DNA of 64,000 nucleotides from Candidatus Nomurabacteria bacterium (GTDB taxonomy: Bacteria; Patescibacteriota; Saccharimonadia; Saccharimonadales; CAIOMD01), in assembly GCA_020631975.1 (NCBI GenBank), contig JACKGO010000002.1, positions 7,218 to 71,217 on the forward strand, read 5' to 3'. Within the stretch, counting starts at the first letter, position 1. Each line of letters begins with the position of its first letter. Positions 1 to 9,915 of this stretch are shown here, one piece after another. Position numbers and translations under genes: made by a program. Under the pieces are notes generated by a model, which searched no databases, had not been told where the DNA came from, and worked only from the letters and a program-made list of their open reading frames with translations.

Positions 1-1287
1 CGCCAGCGTTACAGTCACCCCACACTAAGGTTGTGCCGTTACTCGTTAGACACTGCCCATTAGTACCTCGTGCGAGTCGGGTAGCGTTCGTACCGTTGTA
101 GTACAGCAGATCACCATTCGTCGTCAGACCAGATAGCGTGTTAATGGCACCTTGAGCAGTGGTGGCGCCAGTACCGCCATTGGCGACAGCTAAGGTACCA
201 CCAAGTGTTAAGGTACCACTGGTTGTAATGGCTCCACCAGTGAGGGTTAAGCCGGTGGTGCCACCGCTACCAGATACACTCGTCACTGTACCAGTAGTAC
301 TGCTCGTACCAGCACCAATCGCCGTTCTGAAGCTAGCTGCATCGAGCGCTGAGACGGTGTTATCTGCATTCACTCGTAGGAACGAGATCGCACTAGGGTT
401 CGTTAAGGTAAAGAGGTTGCCACCGACAGTAGTTGCGCCAAGGTTCGTGCGAGCACCAGCGGCGGTAGACGAGCCAGTACCACCATCGGCGATGGCAATA
501 TCTGTGCCGTTCCAGACACCACTGCTAATGGTACCAAGCGTCGTAATGTTACTACTCCCTGCCCACGTACTAAGCGCGGTGTTTTCAACATTCGCTAAAC
601 CAACCTTGCTTTTAGCTAAGCTGGTAATCCAGCTTGGGTCAGCGTAGGAACCACTCGTTAAGACAATGTTGGCAGTTGTAATACCATTTACTTGTGTCGT
701 ACTGAGTGAACCACCCGTGATGGTCGCGCCATTCAGGGTGCCGCCGCTTAGGTTACCGTTCGGCGCGACACTAAAGACAGTTGAAGTATCGCCAGAGTCT
801 CTAACTTGAATGACATCGGCTGTTTGAGCAGCAATAGCTCTAAACTTAGCGGTGACGCTAGTAGTAGCAGCTGACTGCATATTAAAGTTGGCACTGTTTT
901 GGTTGGCGGTAGTGTTCTGGATATAGTTACCACTCCCGCCAGCGTTACAGTCACCCCACACTAAGGTTGTGCCGTTGCTCGTTAGACACTGACCATTAGT
1001 ACCTCGTGCGAGTCGGGTAGCGTTCGTACCGTTGTAGTACAGCAGATCACCATTCGTCGTCAGACCAGATAGCGTGTTAATGGCACCTTGAGCAGTGGTG
1101 GCGCCGGTACCGCCATAGCCCAGGCCAACTACTCCAGTGGTTATTTGGTTACCGTTAATGGCAATTGCTGTATTACCGGCGGCGGTTAAGCGACCTTGGG
1201 CATCCACTGTAAAGGTAGCCACTGTACCAGCACCACCATAGCTGTTAGCACTTACCGTGGTGTTAGCGAGGTTAATGGTAGTACGCT
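1..1287 (-). CDS. Tail-fibre-like surface protein, distal open frame of locus A (no in-frame start; continues past the left window edge)
   Basis: Manual minus-strand translation is stop-free from ~1287 to 1: RTTINLANTTVSANSYGGAGTVATFTVDAQGRLTAAG...GNYIQNTTANQNSANFNMQ...VANGGTGATTAQGAINTLSGLTTNGDLLYYNGTNATRLARGTNGQCLTSNGTTLVWGDCNAG. It uses the same repeat vocabulary as the 3965-aa ORF. It is absent from the ORF track, presumably because it has no in-window stop. Bases ~1-181 recur at ~936-1116. Confidence 0.55.
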
Positions 1288-1342
1288 ACCAAGAGCCACA
1301 CTACCACCGCCACATAAGCCAGTGCCGGCTGTGACGCTGAGG

Positions 1343-2962
1343 CTAGAGTATTAGACCTACTGTTAGGTTCCCATTCGCACCACCATCTGTGATGGAAATG
1401 TTACTACCGCCAGTTAGGACTCGTTCGTTAGTTAGGCTGCCGTCTGGACCAAGTGTGAGGTAGCTAGCGGCAATTGGTGCACTACCACTGCCACCTGTTC
1501 CACAGGTACTACTAAAGCTGAGGTTACCAGCTGCATCACCGACAATACAGTCACCACTACCACCATAGCCACTCGGGAGCTTAAAGGTTAGGTTACTAGC
1601 AATGGCAGCAGACTGCAGTGTAGTAGTGTTGCTAGAGCCATCGTTGAGCACGAGACTACCTAGTTGGGAGGTGGTACCAACGCTGATGGTTGCTCCCTGG
1701 ACGGTGAGGGTACCACTAAAGGTTGGGGAGTTGGCGACATTGATGGTCAGGGTGCCATTGGCACCTGTGTCAGCCACGCTAATGTTAGTGCCAGCGGTTA
1801 AGACTCGTTCACCCGTTAAGGTACCGTCTAGGGCGAGGGTGAGGTAGCTGGCACCAACTGGTGCGCCACCACCGCCTGAGCCACAAGTAGCACTGAAAGA
1901 TAGACCACCTGCTCCGTTGCCAACAATACAGTCACCACTACCACCGTAAGCATTTGGGAGGGTGAAGGTCAGATTGCCGGCAGTGGCAGCAGCTTGAATG
2001 GTAGTGGTGTTGGTACTGCCATCGCTTAAGGTGAGGACACCTGCTTGGGAGGTGGTGCCAATAGACACACTAGCACCCTGAAAGACACCAGTGCCCGCCA
2101 CGGTGAGGTTACCATTGGCGGCCAGTAGCAGTCGGTCATTGCCACTGGCTTGGAACTGCAGTAAGCTACCTGCTCCGGTTTGGTTGATCCGCAGTGCCGT
2201 GTTGGCTGAGTTGACAGTTTGGGTGGCACTAGGTGCCAGTTGGGCCAGTTGGTCAGCTGTAAAGGAGCCCGTGGCTCCTTTGAGGGTTTGGGCTTGTTGG
2301 GCAGCAAAGGCGTATGGTACAGCCGTTACCTTGATGCGAGGGTTCATCTCACCATTCCATGGTGGGGTGGCGGTTTGAGTAGGACCGCCGATGTTCATGC
2401 TGAGCCAGAGTTCTTGGCTCCAGTCTATGGTGCCAGGAAAGGCTGTACCACCAGCCGTGGTATCTGCCAGGCTGACGGTCAGGTAGCCGTTCTTGACCTG
2501 GACACGGTAGTCATTGCCAGGTGCGGCACCATTGGTGTCGTAGCGAGTGTCTGTCCAGAGTAGTGTGCCACCAGAGGCTGCATCGTACAGCTTAAACTGA
2601 ACGTTGTAGTAGCCATCAGGCACCAGGGCGCCTGTGTTGGTGAGGATACGGGCTTGGAAGTTAATGGTGGTGTTAGCGGCTGCTAACGCGTTGGGTGTGA
2701 AGGCGGGCGTATATAGATATACAGCGGTAAGGAGGCTGAGAGTGAGGGTGAACAAAAGAGAGCTGGCAGTGATGGTGCGATGGAATATACGGGTTGAGTG
2801 GGAATTGGTACTACCAGGATGTAGTACGTATGTACATAATTTTGTAAGTCTATAAAAAACAAAAAACACAGACCGACTGATGTGGCTGCTGCGTTGGTGT
2901 GTACAGATAGTGTTGTTTACGCCAGGCTTATTTTTGAACCTATGGCGCAATGCGCTGAGCAT
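1343..2962 (-). CDS. Surface fibre protein locus A, N-terminal ORF (basic leader + hydrophobic segment + conserved N-domain + G/T/S/N-rich repeats)
   Basis: 539-aa ORF. It has a hydrophobic stretch SSLLFTLTLSLLTAVYLY followed by an AxA-type site (NALA/AANTTINFQ). From AANTTINFQ onward it is near-identical to ORF 53133..54860, and its leader is near-identical to ORF 34501..37092. It ends at ...GNLTVGL, where paralogs continue (TNASLSITAGTG...). The homologous frame resumes out of frame at ~1340 and again at ~1287. Confidence 0.7.
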   Translation of the reverse strand: MLSALRHRFKNKPGVNNTICTHQRSSHISRSVFFVFYRLTKLCTYVLHPGSTNSHSTRIFHRTITASSLLFTLTLSLLTAVYLYTPAFTPNALAAANTTINFQARILTNTGALVPDGYYNVQFKLYDAASGGTLLWTDTRYDTNGAAPGNDYRVQVKNGYLTVSLADTTAGGTAFPGTIDWSQELWLSMNIGGPTQTATPPWNGEMNPRIKVTAVPYAFAAQQAQTLKGATGSFTADQLAQLAPSATQTVNSANTALRINQTGAGSLLQFQASGNDRLLLAANGNLTVAGTGVFQGASVSIGTTSQAGVLTLSDGSTNTTTIQAAATAGNLTFTLPNAYGGSGDCIVGNGAGGLSFSATCGSGGGGAPVGASYLTLALDGTLTGERVLTAGTNISVADTGANGTLTINVANSPTFSGTLTVQGATISVGTTSQLGSLVLNDGSSNTTTLQSAAIASNLTFKLPSGYGGSGDCIVGDAAGNLSFSSTCGTGGSGSAPIAASYLTLGPDGSLTNERVLTGGSNISITDGGANGNLTVGLIL

Positions 2963-3240
2963 GTTTTTTTAGATTTTGTTTTAGTTTAGTTGTTTGTGTG
3001 TGTATACCGCTGTTTTGGTTTACAGGTTTTAGTATATCTGATTGGCCAAAGAGAACAAGACACTTTGTATACAAAAATAGAACATAGAAAACAAGTGAAT
3101 AAGTCGTAAATAATGTGTACAATGTGTTGTGTGTACAACATCGTTACAGTAGCAATACAAAAACACAGAGCTACCAACAGTGCTTCACACTGTATACATT
3201 ATTACAACAACAATATTTGAGGTGGTGGATTTATCCACAG
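2963..3240 (-). promoter_or_regulatory. Conserved upstream module of fibre locus A (putative promoter/operator region)
   Basis: The block recurs upstream of all four fibre loci. It contains the perfect palindrome TTGTATACAA followed by AAATAGAACA (3065-3084), two TGTACA palindromes (3116-3121, 3132-3137), the motif CATCGTTACAG, and TTATCCACAG (3231-3240) at its distal end. Confidence 0.5.
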
Positions 3241-3351
3241 TCTAATGTAATGATTATTCATTAAAAACAGCTCTTGTAATTATAAAATGCCGTTTTTACT
3301 GACGTAAAACTACCCTTCATAAGGTCTATGTTCTGTCTATTTAAAAGTGTA

Positions 3352-3657
3352 CTAAACAATTTTACTAATGGTAATAGTTGTTTTGCGTTGGCGATGACCA
3401 CGTGTTTTATGAACGCGTTTTTTTGCTTTATAACGAATAGATACGACTTTATCTGTCTTGACGTCTTGTTCGTCTACCTTTGCAGTAACTTTAGCGCCTG
3501 TTACTACTGGAGTACCAACGAGTGTTTTGTCACCGTCAATCACCAATAGTGGCTCAAATGTCACGGTCTTATCTTCAGAAAGTAGTTCTACTTGCAACGT
3601 GTCGCCTTCTGCCACGATATATTGCTTACCACCGGTGGTGATTACAGCTTTTTTCAT
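3352..3657 (-). CDS. rplU: 50S ribosomal protein L21
   Basis: 101 aa, MKKAVITTGGKQYIVAEGDTLQVE...KVVSIRYKAKKRVHKTRGHRQ. Typical L21 length and motifs. Confidence 0.9.
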   Translation of the reverse strand: MKKAVITTGGKQYIVAEGDTLQVELLSEDKTVTFEPLLVIDGDKTLVGTPVVTGAKVTAKVDEQDVKTDKVVSIRYKAKKRVHKTRGHRQRKTTITISKIV

Positions 3658-3739
3658 TACTATCCTCTTATCATTTATGAATTAGTCAACTGATATGGTA
3701 CCAGATATAGCTCTTTTAGTAAAGAGTAGCTAGGGAGAA

Positions 3740-6619
3740 CTATTTCCCCAAGGCTATTGTTAGTGTTGCACCACCTATTGTAACGCTGTCCTTGTACATA
3801 GGGTTTTGTAATACGTGTGGTGATGACAGCGTCTCTTTAGATATATAAGCTTGATGATGCTCAATAGCCTGGGATAACTTCTTATCAGGAGTACTTAGCT
3901 CACATAAAATTCTATCTTCTACATTAAAATCTGCTTTTTTACGGGCTGATTGCACCTGCCTGACGACGTCTCGTACCATGCCCTCGGCTAACAATTCATC
4001 TGTTAGAGTGGTATCAATCGTTACCTTTGGCTCTTTACCATGCTGTAACATTACTGTTTTAACATTTAGCTCCTCTTGTAAGATTGCTGTGTATGCATCT
4101 GCTAGGTGTGACGGTATTTGTACAGATGTGTTTACCTGTGCGGATGCTAATGGTTGTCTTACTTTTATGCCTGCATCTGCACGTTGTGATAGCCCTATGG
4201 TTATGAGTTCCCTTATCTGAGCCATTTGTTCAATAACAGATGTATCTATAGACTGAAAATGTGGCCAGTCAGTGAGGTGAACCGACTCTTTACCAGTGAG
4301 GTTTCTGTATAGCGCTTCGCTCATAAACGGTGTGATTGGAGCCATAATACGGCTAAGTGTCATTAAAACGTAGTGCAAGGTCGCATAGGCATCTTGTTTG
4401 TCGGTGTCGTTGTCTGTCTTCCAGAATCGTTTACGACTACGGCGGACAAACCAGTTACTGGCATCATCTATAAACGGTAGTATGGGTTTGATTGCACCTG
4501 GCAAATCGTAGTCGCCAAAGCTCTTGTCTACTTCTATGGAGAGTTGGTGTAACCTAGATACTATCCATATATCTAAGAGGTTCTTTAATTTTGATATTTC
4601 TGGTTTATTCTTTGGATTATATTCCCATTTATCTACTTCTGCATACAATGTAAAGAAATCATACATATTCCAAACCATGGCAAGTTTGCGCTGCACGTCT
4701 AAAACTTCTTTATCTTTAAGTGAGAAGTCTTCGCCGTTAAGTAGCGGTGAACCGAGTAACAAGAACCGAAAGCTATCAGCTCCGTATGCATCCATGAGTT
4801 CGTTTGGATCGGTATAGTTTTTGAGTTTTTTACTCATCTTTTTACCATCCGCTGCATTTATAAAGCCTGTACATATTAGGTTCTTAAATGGCGCCTTACC
4901 AAATAAACCTACGTTGACCGCCATTAGTGAGTAAAACCAGCCACGTGTCTGGTCAATAGCCTCTATAATAAAGTCGGCCGGAAAACTTTCTTTAAACTTT
5001 GCGACGTTTTCAAAAGGATAATGGAACTGTGCAAAAGGCATACTACCACTTTCGAACCAACAGTCTATCACCTTACCAATGTGCTTTAGTTCTACGCCAT
5101 CTACTGTAAACGTTACGTCCATGACATTTGGCAAATGATAATCGCTAAGGCTTTTACCTGTTAACTCTTTAAATTCTGCGTAACTGCCTACAACCTTAAT
5201 AACCTCTGTACCATCGGGCCGTTGGCCTTTCCAAACTGGTATTGGAGTGGCCCAGTATCTATCGCGGCTTAAGTTCCAATCTGGAGCAGAATCTATAATG
5301 TTTGCAAAGCGGCCATCCCTTAAGGTGCTTGGTGTCCAGCTCGTTTTACTATTTGCCACAAGCATTTCTTGTTTTTGATCTTGGATATCCATAAACCAAC
5401 TCGGATGTGCCCGGTACATTAATTTAGACCCACAGCGATGGCAGTGTGGGTATTCATGCTGTATATACTCAACCTTCATTGCAGAACCTTCGGCGACCAA
5501 AGTCTTGGCAATTTCTTTGTTTACGGCCCAAATGTTTTGTTCTTGCCAACGGCCAGACGTATAACTACCGTTTTCGTCTACCATTGACACTATTGGAATA
5601 CCAGCTGTTTTACACAGCTCATAATCATCTTCACCGTACGCTGGTGCTTCGTGTACAATGCCCGTTCCGTCTTCGGCGGTTACGAATTCTGCATGCAGTA
5701 CTCTGTGTGCCTCTGGACCATGGTTTTCAAATAACGGATGATACCGCTTGCCAACCAGCTCGCTCCCCTTCACTTTTTTTAACACTTTGTATGCTAATGG
5801 TTGCTTTTTTCCATCTTTAAACACACGCTCTAAGGCCGCATCTGCTACATACACTTTTTTGCCATCGTATTCTACAAGTGCATATGTAAGTTTAGAATGG
5901 AGAGCGATTGCAACATTGGCAGGTAATGTCCATGGCGTAGTCGTCCAGGCAAGTAAGTGTTCATCGGTTTCTTCTAGTTTAAAATACACATACACGCTTG
6001 GGTCAGTATCTACTTGGTAACTATTTTCCATGGCAACTTCACTCTTTGATATCGGGGTGGCATCTTTTGTGCAATACACGAGTATTTTTTCGCCTTCGTA
6101 GATTTTGCCTTTTTCGTATAGCTCTTTAAAAGCCCACCATACCGATTCCATGTATTCGTTATCCATGGTTTTGTAAGCACCCTTAAATTCAACCCAGCGG
6201 CCTATTCTATCAACGGTGTCTTCCCATTCCGTTCCTGTCTGCACCATAGAGGCTCTACACGCATTTACGTAGTCTGGTATGCTAATTTTTACACCAATAT
6301 CTTTTTTATTGGTAATACCAAGTTGTTTTTCTACAAATACCTCAGCTGGCAAACCATGGCAATCCCAACCCCAACGACGCTCAACATGTTTACCTTTCAT
6401 CGTTTGGTACCGTGCAACCGAATCTTTGACTGCAGAGATAAGTAGATGGCCATGGTGTGGTGTCCCAGTTAAGAATGGCGGACCATCATAAAATACCCAC
6501 CTATCTTTATCTGGTCTGTTGGCGACAGATTTGTTAAACGTGTCATTCTGTTTCCAGTATTCAACAACCTCTTTTTCGTATTCAGCTGGCTTTTTACGTT
6601 GCTCTTTTTTGAACTTCAC
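3740..6619 (-). CDS. ileS: Isoleucyl-tRNA synthetase
   Basis: 959 aa with a class I HIGH motif (PHHGHLL) and a KMSKK-type motif (GKKMSKKLKN), plus a CP1 editing-domain-sized insertion. The start is GTG at 6619-6617, preceded by AAAGGA. Confidence 0.97.
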   Translation of the reverse strand: MKFKKEQRKKPAEYEKEVVEYWKQNDTFNKSVANRPDKDRWVFYDGPPFLTGTPHHGHLLISAVKDSVARYQTMKGKHVERRWGWDCHGLPAEVFVEKQLGITNKKDIGVKISIPDYVNACRASMVQTGTEWEDTVDRIGRWVEFKGAYKTMDNEYMESVWWAFKELYEKGKIYEGEKILVYCTKDATPISKSEVAMENSYQVDTDPSVYVYFKLEETDEHLLAWTTTPWTLPANVAIALHSKLTYALVEYDGKKVYVADAALERVFKDGKKQPLAYKVLKKVKGSELVGKRYHPLFENHGPEAHRVLHAEFVTAEDGTGIVHEAPAYGEDDYELCKTAGIPIVSMVDENGSYTSGRWQEQNIWAVNKEIAKTLVAEGSAMKVEYIQHEYPHCHRCGSKLMYRAHPSWFMDIQDQKQEMLVANSKTSWTPSTLRDGRFANIIDSAPDWNLSRDRYWATPIPVWKGQRPDGTEVIKVVGSYAEFKELTGKSLSDYHLPNVMDVTFTVDGVELKHIGKVIDCWFESGSMPFAQFHYPFENVAKFKESFPADFIIEAIDQTRGWFYSLMAVNVGLFGKAPFKNLICTGFINAADGKKMSKKLKNYTDPNELMDAYGADSFRFLLLGSPLLNGEDFSLKDKEVLDVQRKLAMVWNMYDFFTLYAEVDKWEYNPKNKPEISKLKNLLDIWIVSRLHQLSIEVDKSFGDYDLPGAIKPILPFIDDASNWFVRRSRKRFWKTDNDTDKQDAYATLHYVLMTLSRIMAPITPFMSEALYRNLTGKESVHLTDWPHFQSIDTSVIEQMAQIRELITIGLSQRADAGIKVRQPLASAQVNTSVQIPSHLADAYTAILQEELNVKTVMLQHGKEPKVTIDTTLTDELLAEGMVRDVVRQVQSARKKADFNVEDRILCELSTPDKKLSQAIEHHQAYISKETLSSPHVLQNPMYKDSVTIGGATLTIALGK

Positions 6620-6620
6620 A

Positions 6621-6845
6621 GGTATCCTTTCAAATAAAAAACCACCCGTTGCTTCGGATTCCGACTATTGCTAGCGGAAGGTACCATCCGAATAACTTGG
6701 TGGAGTTACTTTGTTACAACTACTTACGTGAGTTTCAAACGTTGCGGTCTAGTGTAGCGTTATGGGCTAGTTCTTCGCAATGCTTCGTGGCTGATAACCA
6801 CTCATCCATAAACGGAATGCATCTCATAAATTGTCTGTTATTACT
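6621..6845 (-). promoter_or_regulatory. T-box leader (Ile) upstream of ileS
   Basis: The sense strand shows a canonical antiterminator-type element at 6692..6653. Its parts are A1 5' strand TTCGGA, a 7-nt bulge TGGTACC (UGGU complements the ACCA end of the tRNA-Ile in this window), then A2 TTCCG / loop / CGGAA, then A1 3' strand TCCGAA. A hairpin GTGG-TTATCAG-CCAC (6801..6787) displays the Ile codon AUC in its loop. An outer extension CCACC...GGTGG is followed by T7, then the SD and GTG. GGTACCTTCC can alternatively pair with the SD region GAAAGGATACC. Confidence 0.7.
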
Positions 6846-6867
6846 ATATCTGTTATTGGTCGGAATT

Positions 6868-7140
6868 TCAACCAGCCATAGCTGGACTATAATAAGTTAC
6901 TTCATTAATGAGCGGCAGCGTGTCGCCTTGCCACATTTGTAGCATTTGTCCGTCATCGGCTAGCGCCAACACACTCGGATAGCGCATGACATCATATAAG
7001 CTTGCCATTGCAGCGCCATCACGAGTGTTGACGTCGTATTTAACAAAAGAGCGGCCTGTCCGATATTCAAATTCACGTTCAAAATTGCTGACTAATCGTT
7101 CGTGCTCTGAATTGCTCCGATACAAAACCGCTACTTTCAT
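6868..7140 (-). CDS. Hypothetical small protein downstream of the RNR gene
   Basis: 90-aa ORF, 18 bp downstream of nrdJ on the same strand. No cysteines, so it is not a classical NrdH/thioredoxin. No motif recognised. Confidence 0.4.
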   Translation of the reverse strand: MKVAVLYRSNSEHERLVSNFEREFEYRTGRSFVKYDVNTRDGAAMASLYDVMRYPSVLALADDGQMLQMWQGDTLPLINEVTYYSPAMAG

Positions 7141-7158
7141 TGATCCACCTATTCTGGT

Positions 7159-9915
7159 TTAACTACATCCTGTTGTCGATCCGCACGCTGTACATACGTA
7201 GCAGCTGCCTGATCGCTGAGTTTGGTTCCCACAGTTATAGCATAACGGTGCAGTGCTATCTTTGGCAACTTTTTTTGTTGATTGTGCAGGTGTAGGTTGC
7301 ACTTCATCTGTTGATTTTGACACTATTGTCTCCTCTGATTGTGGCTCAGGAGTGTCAAGTAATGAAGCCTGTTGCAGATCATCGATATCATCGATACTCG
7401 CCAGCCCTAATTCAATTTTATCGTCAAAAGACAAGTAGTCATGCCCAAGACGCTTAAAAATGTAATCGGTTATAGATGTAGCAGTGCGAATTTGGGGATC
7501 ATCTGTAATACCAGATGGGGCATACGAACGGCTCATCATCGTCTTGACGTAACTCTTTAGTGGCACACCGTACTGTAAGCCATGGCTCACCGATATAGCA
7601 AACGAGTCCATCAGGCCAGATAGTGTAGATCCCTGCTTCGCCACATGGATAAACAATTCACCCGGCTTGCCGTCTTCGTATTCGCCTACCGTAAAGAATC
7701 CTTTGGCGTCTGCAACCCGGAACTCATAGGTTTTACTATTACGCCGTTTTGGAAGCTCGCGTTTCATGGCACTTTTGACGATATATGCATCTTTAGTAGC
7801 CTGTAGGCTATCAGCTGGTTGTTCTTGGGCGGAATCTTTTTTGGCCGTAGAAAGCGGTTGTGCAACCTTGCAGTTGTCACGGTAAATTGCCACCGCCTTC
7901 ACTCCCATTTTCCATGCATCAATATGTAATTGTTCAATATCTTCTACGGTTGCTTCTTCTGGCATATTCACTGTTTTGCTAATTGCACCAGAAATAAACG
8001 GTTGAACCGCAGCCATCATTTTTACATGACCCAGGTAGTGAATGGTGTTATCGCCCATAGAACACGCAAATACTGGCAAATGCTCTTTCTTTAGGTGTGG
8101 CGCGCCAACAATAGTCTTTTCTTCGTCTATGTATGCCACAATTTCATCTGTTTGTGCTTTGGTATAGCCAAGTTCGCGGAGTGCCCGTGGTACCGTACGA
8201 TTAACGATACTCATCGTTCCACCACCAACTAATTTTTTATGCTTTACTAAGCTAAGATCTGGCTCTATGCCTGTTGTATCACAGTCCATCATGAGCCCAA
8301 TTGTTCCTGTTGGGGCTAAAACGGTAGCTTGGCTATTGCGTACGCCGTGAATTTCTGCGAGTTCAATGGCTTCGTCCCACGTTTCTGCAGCACTGCTTAA
8401 CAAGTCTTCAGCAACTCTGCGCGCGTCAATTTTATCTACTTCTGCGCGGTGCTGTCTAAGCACTCGTGTCATTGCCTCTTTGTCTTTATGATACCCTGCA
8501 AATGGCCCAACACGGCGCGCAAGCCGTGCGCTAGTGGCATAGGCATGTCCGGTCATAATGGCGGTAATTGCAGCTGCTTGCGCCCGACCTTCTTCTGAAT
8601 CATATGGTAAGCCTTGGGCCATAAGTAATGCACCAATATTTGCATAGCCCATGCCTAGTTCGCGGTAGGCCTTAGCGTTTTTAGCAATACTATCTGTTGG
8701 GTAACTAGAATAACCCACTAAAATTTCTTGTGCAGTAAATACCACTTCTACGGTATGTTTAAACGCTTCTACATCAAAAGTGTTATCGTCTTTGATGTAT
8801 TTCATAAGATTGATACTTGCCAAATTACAGGCTGAGTTATCTAGGTGCATGTATTCACTACAAGGGTTAGAGCCATTAATTCTGCCAGCGTTTGGCGACG
8901 TATGCCAGTGGTTAATCGTGGTGTCGTACTGCATACCAGGGTCGGCACATTCCCAGGCTGCCTCGGCAAATTGCCTAAAGATATCACGTGCCCGCACTGT
9001 TTTGACTGTTTCTCCGGTGGTAACCGCTTTTAAATCCCAGTCAGCGTCAGCTTCTGCTGCTTGCATAAATTCATCCGTTACCCGCACCGAATTATTAGCA
9101 TTCTGATACTGCACGCTAAAGTTATCTTTACCGTTCAAGCTCATATCAAAGCCAGCCTCTTGCAAGGCTCGTGCTTTGCGCTCTTCTATTGCTTTGGTCC
9201 ATATAAATTCTTCGATATCTGGGTGGTCAGCGTTCAGTATGACCATTTTTGCGGCCCGTCTTGTCTTACCACCGCTTTTGATGGTACCAGCACTGGCATC
9301 TGCCCCACGCATAAAACTCACAGGCCCGCTTGCTTTGCCACCGCTCGCACTCAATGATTCTGCACTAGAGCGAAGATTAGACAAGTTGATTCCAGCACCT
9401 GAGCCACCCTTAAATATCATGCCTTCTTCTACGTACCAATTTAATATTGAAGGCATACTGTCTTCTACTCCAAGAATAAAGCAAGCGCTCGCCTGCTGAG
9501 CGCGTGATGGTACGCCAATATTAAACCAGACGGGCGAATTAAAAGCTGCCCTTTGAGTGGCTAATATAAACTTCAATTCTTCCCGAAAGCTTTCTGCCTC
9601 TTTATCGTCTATAAAGTAATCTTCTTGAACACCGGCTCTGGTAATTGTATCTACAATACGGTCAATCAATACCTTAAGGCCGTCTTCTCTGTCGGCTTCA
9701 CCTGGCGTGCCTGCAAAATATTTTTGAGCGACAATATTAATAGCATTCAGCGACCAATCTTCTGGAAACTCAACGCCTTTTTGTTCAAACACCGCTTCAC
9801 CTGTCATTGGATTAATAATTTCAGAATCCCGTTTTACCCAAGTAAGCTGATCATACGCTTTCTTACCCGAACGCGTAAAATACCGCCCTAGCCCTAGTGT
9901 TGTTGTTTCTGCCAT
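7159..9915 (-). CDS. nrdJ: Class II (adenosylcobalamin-dependent) ribonucleotide reductase
   Basis: 918 aa. RNR core motifs are present (NPCSEY active-site loop, GGGTMS..., SKTVNMP) with a C-terminal Cys-rich tail CYNCGNQTQRSGSCYVCTACGSTTGCS. It is a single large subunit with no adjacent beta subunit, and nrdR lies immediately upstream. Confidence 0.88.
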   Translation of the reverse strand: MAETTTLGLGRYFTRSGKKAYDQLTWVKRDSEIINPMTGEAVFEQKGVEFPEDWSLNAINIVAQKYFAGTPGEADREDGLKVLIDRIVDTITRAGVQEDYFIDDKEAESFREELKFILATQRAAFNSPVWFNIGVPSRAQQASACFILGVEDSMPSILNWYVEEGMIFKGGSGAGINLSNLRSSAESLSASGGKASGPVSFMRGADASAGTIKSGGKTRRAAKMVILNADHPDIEEFIWTKAIEERKARALQEAGFDMSLNGKDNFSVQYQNANNSVRVTDEFMQAAEADADWDLKAVTTGETVKTVRARDIFRQFAEAAWECADPGMQYDTTINHWHTSPNAGRINGSNPCSEYMHLDNSACNLASINLMKYIKDDNTFDVEAFKHTVEVVFTAQEILVGYSSYPTDSIAKNAKAYRELGMGYANIGALLMAQGLPYDSEEGRAQAAAITAIMTGHAYATSARLARRVGPFAGYHKDKEAMTRVLRQHRAEVDKIDARRVAEDLLSSAAETWDEAIELAEIHGVRNSQATVLAPTGTIGLMMDCDTTGIEPDLSLVKHKKLVGGGTMSIVNRTVPRALRELGYTKAQTDEIVAYIDEEKTIVGAPHLKKEHLPVFACSMGDNTIHYLGHVKMMAAVQPFISGAISKTVNMPEEATVEDIEQLHIDAWKMGVKAVAIYRDNCKVAQPLSTAKKDSAQEQPADSLQATKDAYIVKSAMKRELPKRRNSKTYEFRVADAKGFFTVGEYEDGKPGELFIHVAKQGSTLSGLMDSFAISVSHGLQYGVPLKSYVKTMMSRSYAPSGITDDPQIRTATSITDYIFKRLGHDYLSFDDKIELGLASIDDIDDLQQASLLDTPEPQSEETIVSKSTDEVQPTPAQSTKKVAKDSTAPLCYNCGNQTQRSGSCYVCTACGSTTGCS

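Noticed and set aside
3231-3239. Replication origin suggested by perfect DnaA-box 9-mers (3231, 27770, 55185; variants at 37362, 57655)
   Set aside because: The boxes are single and kilobases apart, and sit inside paralogous upstream modules, so they are not independent. They are not clustered next to an AT-rich unwinding element or dnaA/dnaN. They are kept only as part of the upstream-module finding.
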